A stretch of 63,990 nt of DNA, counting the filler, from Catajapyx aquilonaris (lineage: Eukaryota): the NCBI GenBank assembly GCA_000934665.2. It is 3 parts of 3 records of this genome, joined end to end, with 100 filler letters (N's around TTAATTAATTAA, not from the genome) between each part and the next. Parts side by side here need not be neighbours in the genome. Positions count along the whole stretch, not along the records: positions 42,813 to 63,990 come from JYFJ02006117.1; 2 more parts are not named here. One strand, given 5' to 3'. Positions 62,781-63,990 of the stretch are shown here, piece by piece. Below the pieces are notes generated by a model. It made no database searches. It had not been told where the DNA came from and saw only the letters and a program-made list of their open reading frames with translations. Each line of letters begins with the position of its first letter. Positions within the stretch are counted from its first letter, which is position 1. The position numbers were made by a program, and so were the translations under genes.

Positions 62781-63990
62781 GTATGTTGTTACAGGATTTT
62801 TCTAGTATTGCCATTGTAAGTTGAACTGTGAACCCGACCACTCTCGTGCAAGGCAATGGGATGAACTTTATAAACTCCTTGCAAGCAAATCAGAGTGAGT
62901 GCCGGCTGTTGGTCAGATGAAGTGTAATTGTATAATTCGAAGTATTCAGGCAACCGAAAACTGAACACTCCCTTCGAAGAAGTGTGACGGAACTTCTGCT
63001 GCTTCGGTCCAGACTCTCTTGAGTGAGTGGATGGCAGGAATCACTCTTCTTTGTTGCTCCCTAGTATTCCCATATACAACTTATTAAAACTCTAACTTAC
63101 AGAACCTCTTCCACTGGTTTATTCCTCCTCCAGATACACTTCCCCAGGCATTCACAAACAGCTTGCCAATCCCACTCCCACAACCTCACTCCTTCCCACT
63201 TGACTCTCTCTCCAACAATCACCCTCTCTCCCAAACCATAGTAACTCCTTTACAATCAATCATCATGGCTGCCAACATTCTGTACATCACAGAAGTTCGG
63301 GGTGGGGCTTGAGTCAACAGGGCCCGAAGCATAGAACATTATCGCTTCCGAATTATAGCCAGTGATAATTGACATATGGATTTTATTCTAATATGATACA
63401 TTTATATCCTCCTGAGACCTGAGAAGGATTTTTTAACGCAATGTCAGTTCCTATTGCATTTTCTGAACATGTTCCCAATAAGAAACGAGAAAAAAATTTT
63501 AGTTTTAAAATATCGACAAAATTGGCGACAAACAACCAATGAGAACATTAGGACCCAATTGGTGCTACAAAAGCAGAACGGATGAAAGCTGAAAATTGAA
63601 ATACCACTTAATGGATCACTCACATAGTGCTCTATCCTCCAAACATTGTTTTTAAAATTTATTTGTGGTATTCGTGGTAGCAATTCCTCTCAGAAGACAA
63701 TTAAAGATAAATGAAGTTATTTTTTAACGCCACCACTCCAGGGATGGGGCTTGCTCCTTCCCTTCTTACCCGCTAAAGTGGTACCTTGCTATTCTAGATT
63801 TTAAAACTGAACTGCATAGTGAAAAGCGCACTTCCTTATGGGTGTATAGGTACAGGCACTTCAAGAAAAGTCACACCCATTCAGCTAAAAATGCCATTTT
63901 TCGGATGTCCATTTAAATGGACATTTGGTCTCAGGAAGAAAAGAAAAGGACCAGTTCTCTACAGCAACAAAGATTGTCACAGAATCATCT

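Overview
This is eukaryotic DNA, probably arthropod (TTAGG-type repeats, DRE motifs, small GT-AG introns). It is made of three ~21-kb pieces joined by identical artificial 100-nt linkers (N44-TTAATTAATTAA-N44 at 21314-21413 and 42713-42812), so the pieces are probably not neighbours in the genome. Piece 1 (1-21313) holds the main discovery: a head-to-tail tandem family of minus-strand multi-exon genes, with two apparently intact copies (about 803 aa and 889 aa by my manual splicing) and the decayed 3' end of a third. Each intact copy encodes an N-terminal C2H2 finger, six Brinker-type helix-turn-helix DNA-binding domains (each on its own phase-0 exon, with a hypervariable recognition helix) and a C-terminal atypical GATA finger (CX2CX16CX2C) that the ORF track misses. 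Piece 2 (21414-42712) is mostly transposon debris (MULE, Harbinger, ISL2EU-like, hAT, SINE) plus an ankyrin pseudogene. It also contains two minimal hammerhead ribozymes beside telomere-like repeats, and a TATA-driven, ORF-less unit ending in two histone-mRNA stem-loops. Piece 3 (42813-63990) contains eight in-frame exons of an ACF1/BAZ1A-like gene (DDT, WHIM, PHD) whose introns are full of MITEs and SINEs. All gene models are manual and unverified by transcripts or database searches.
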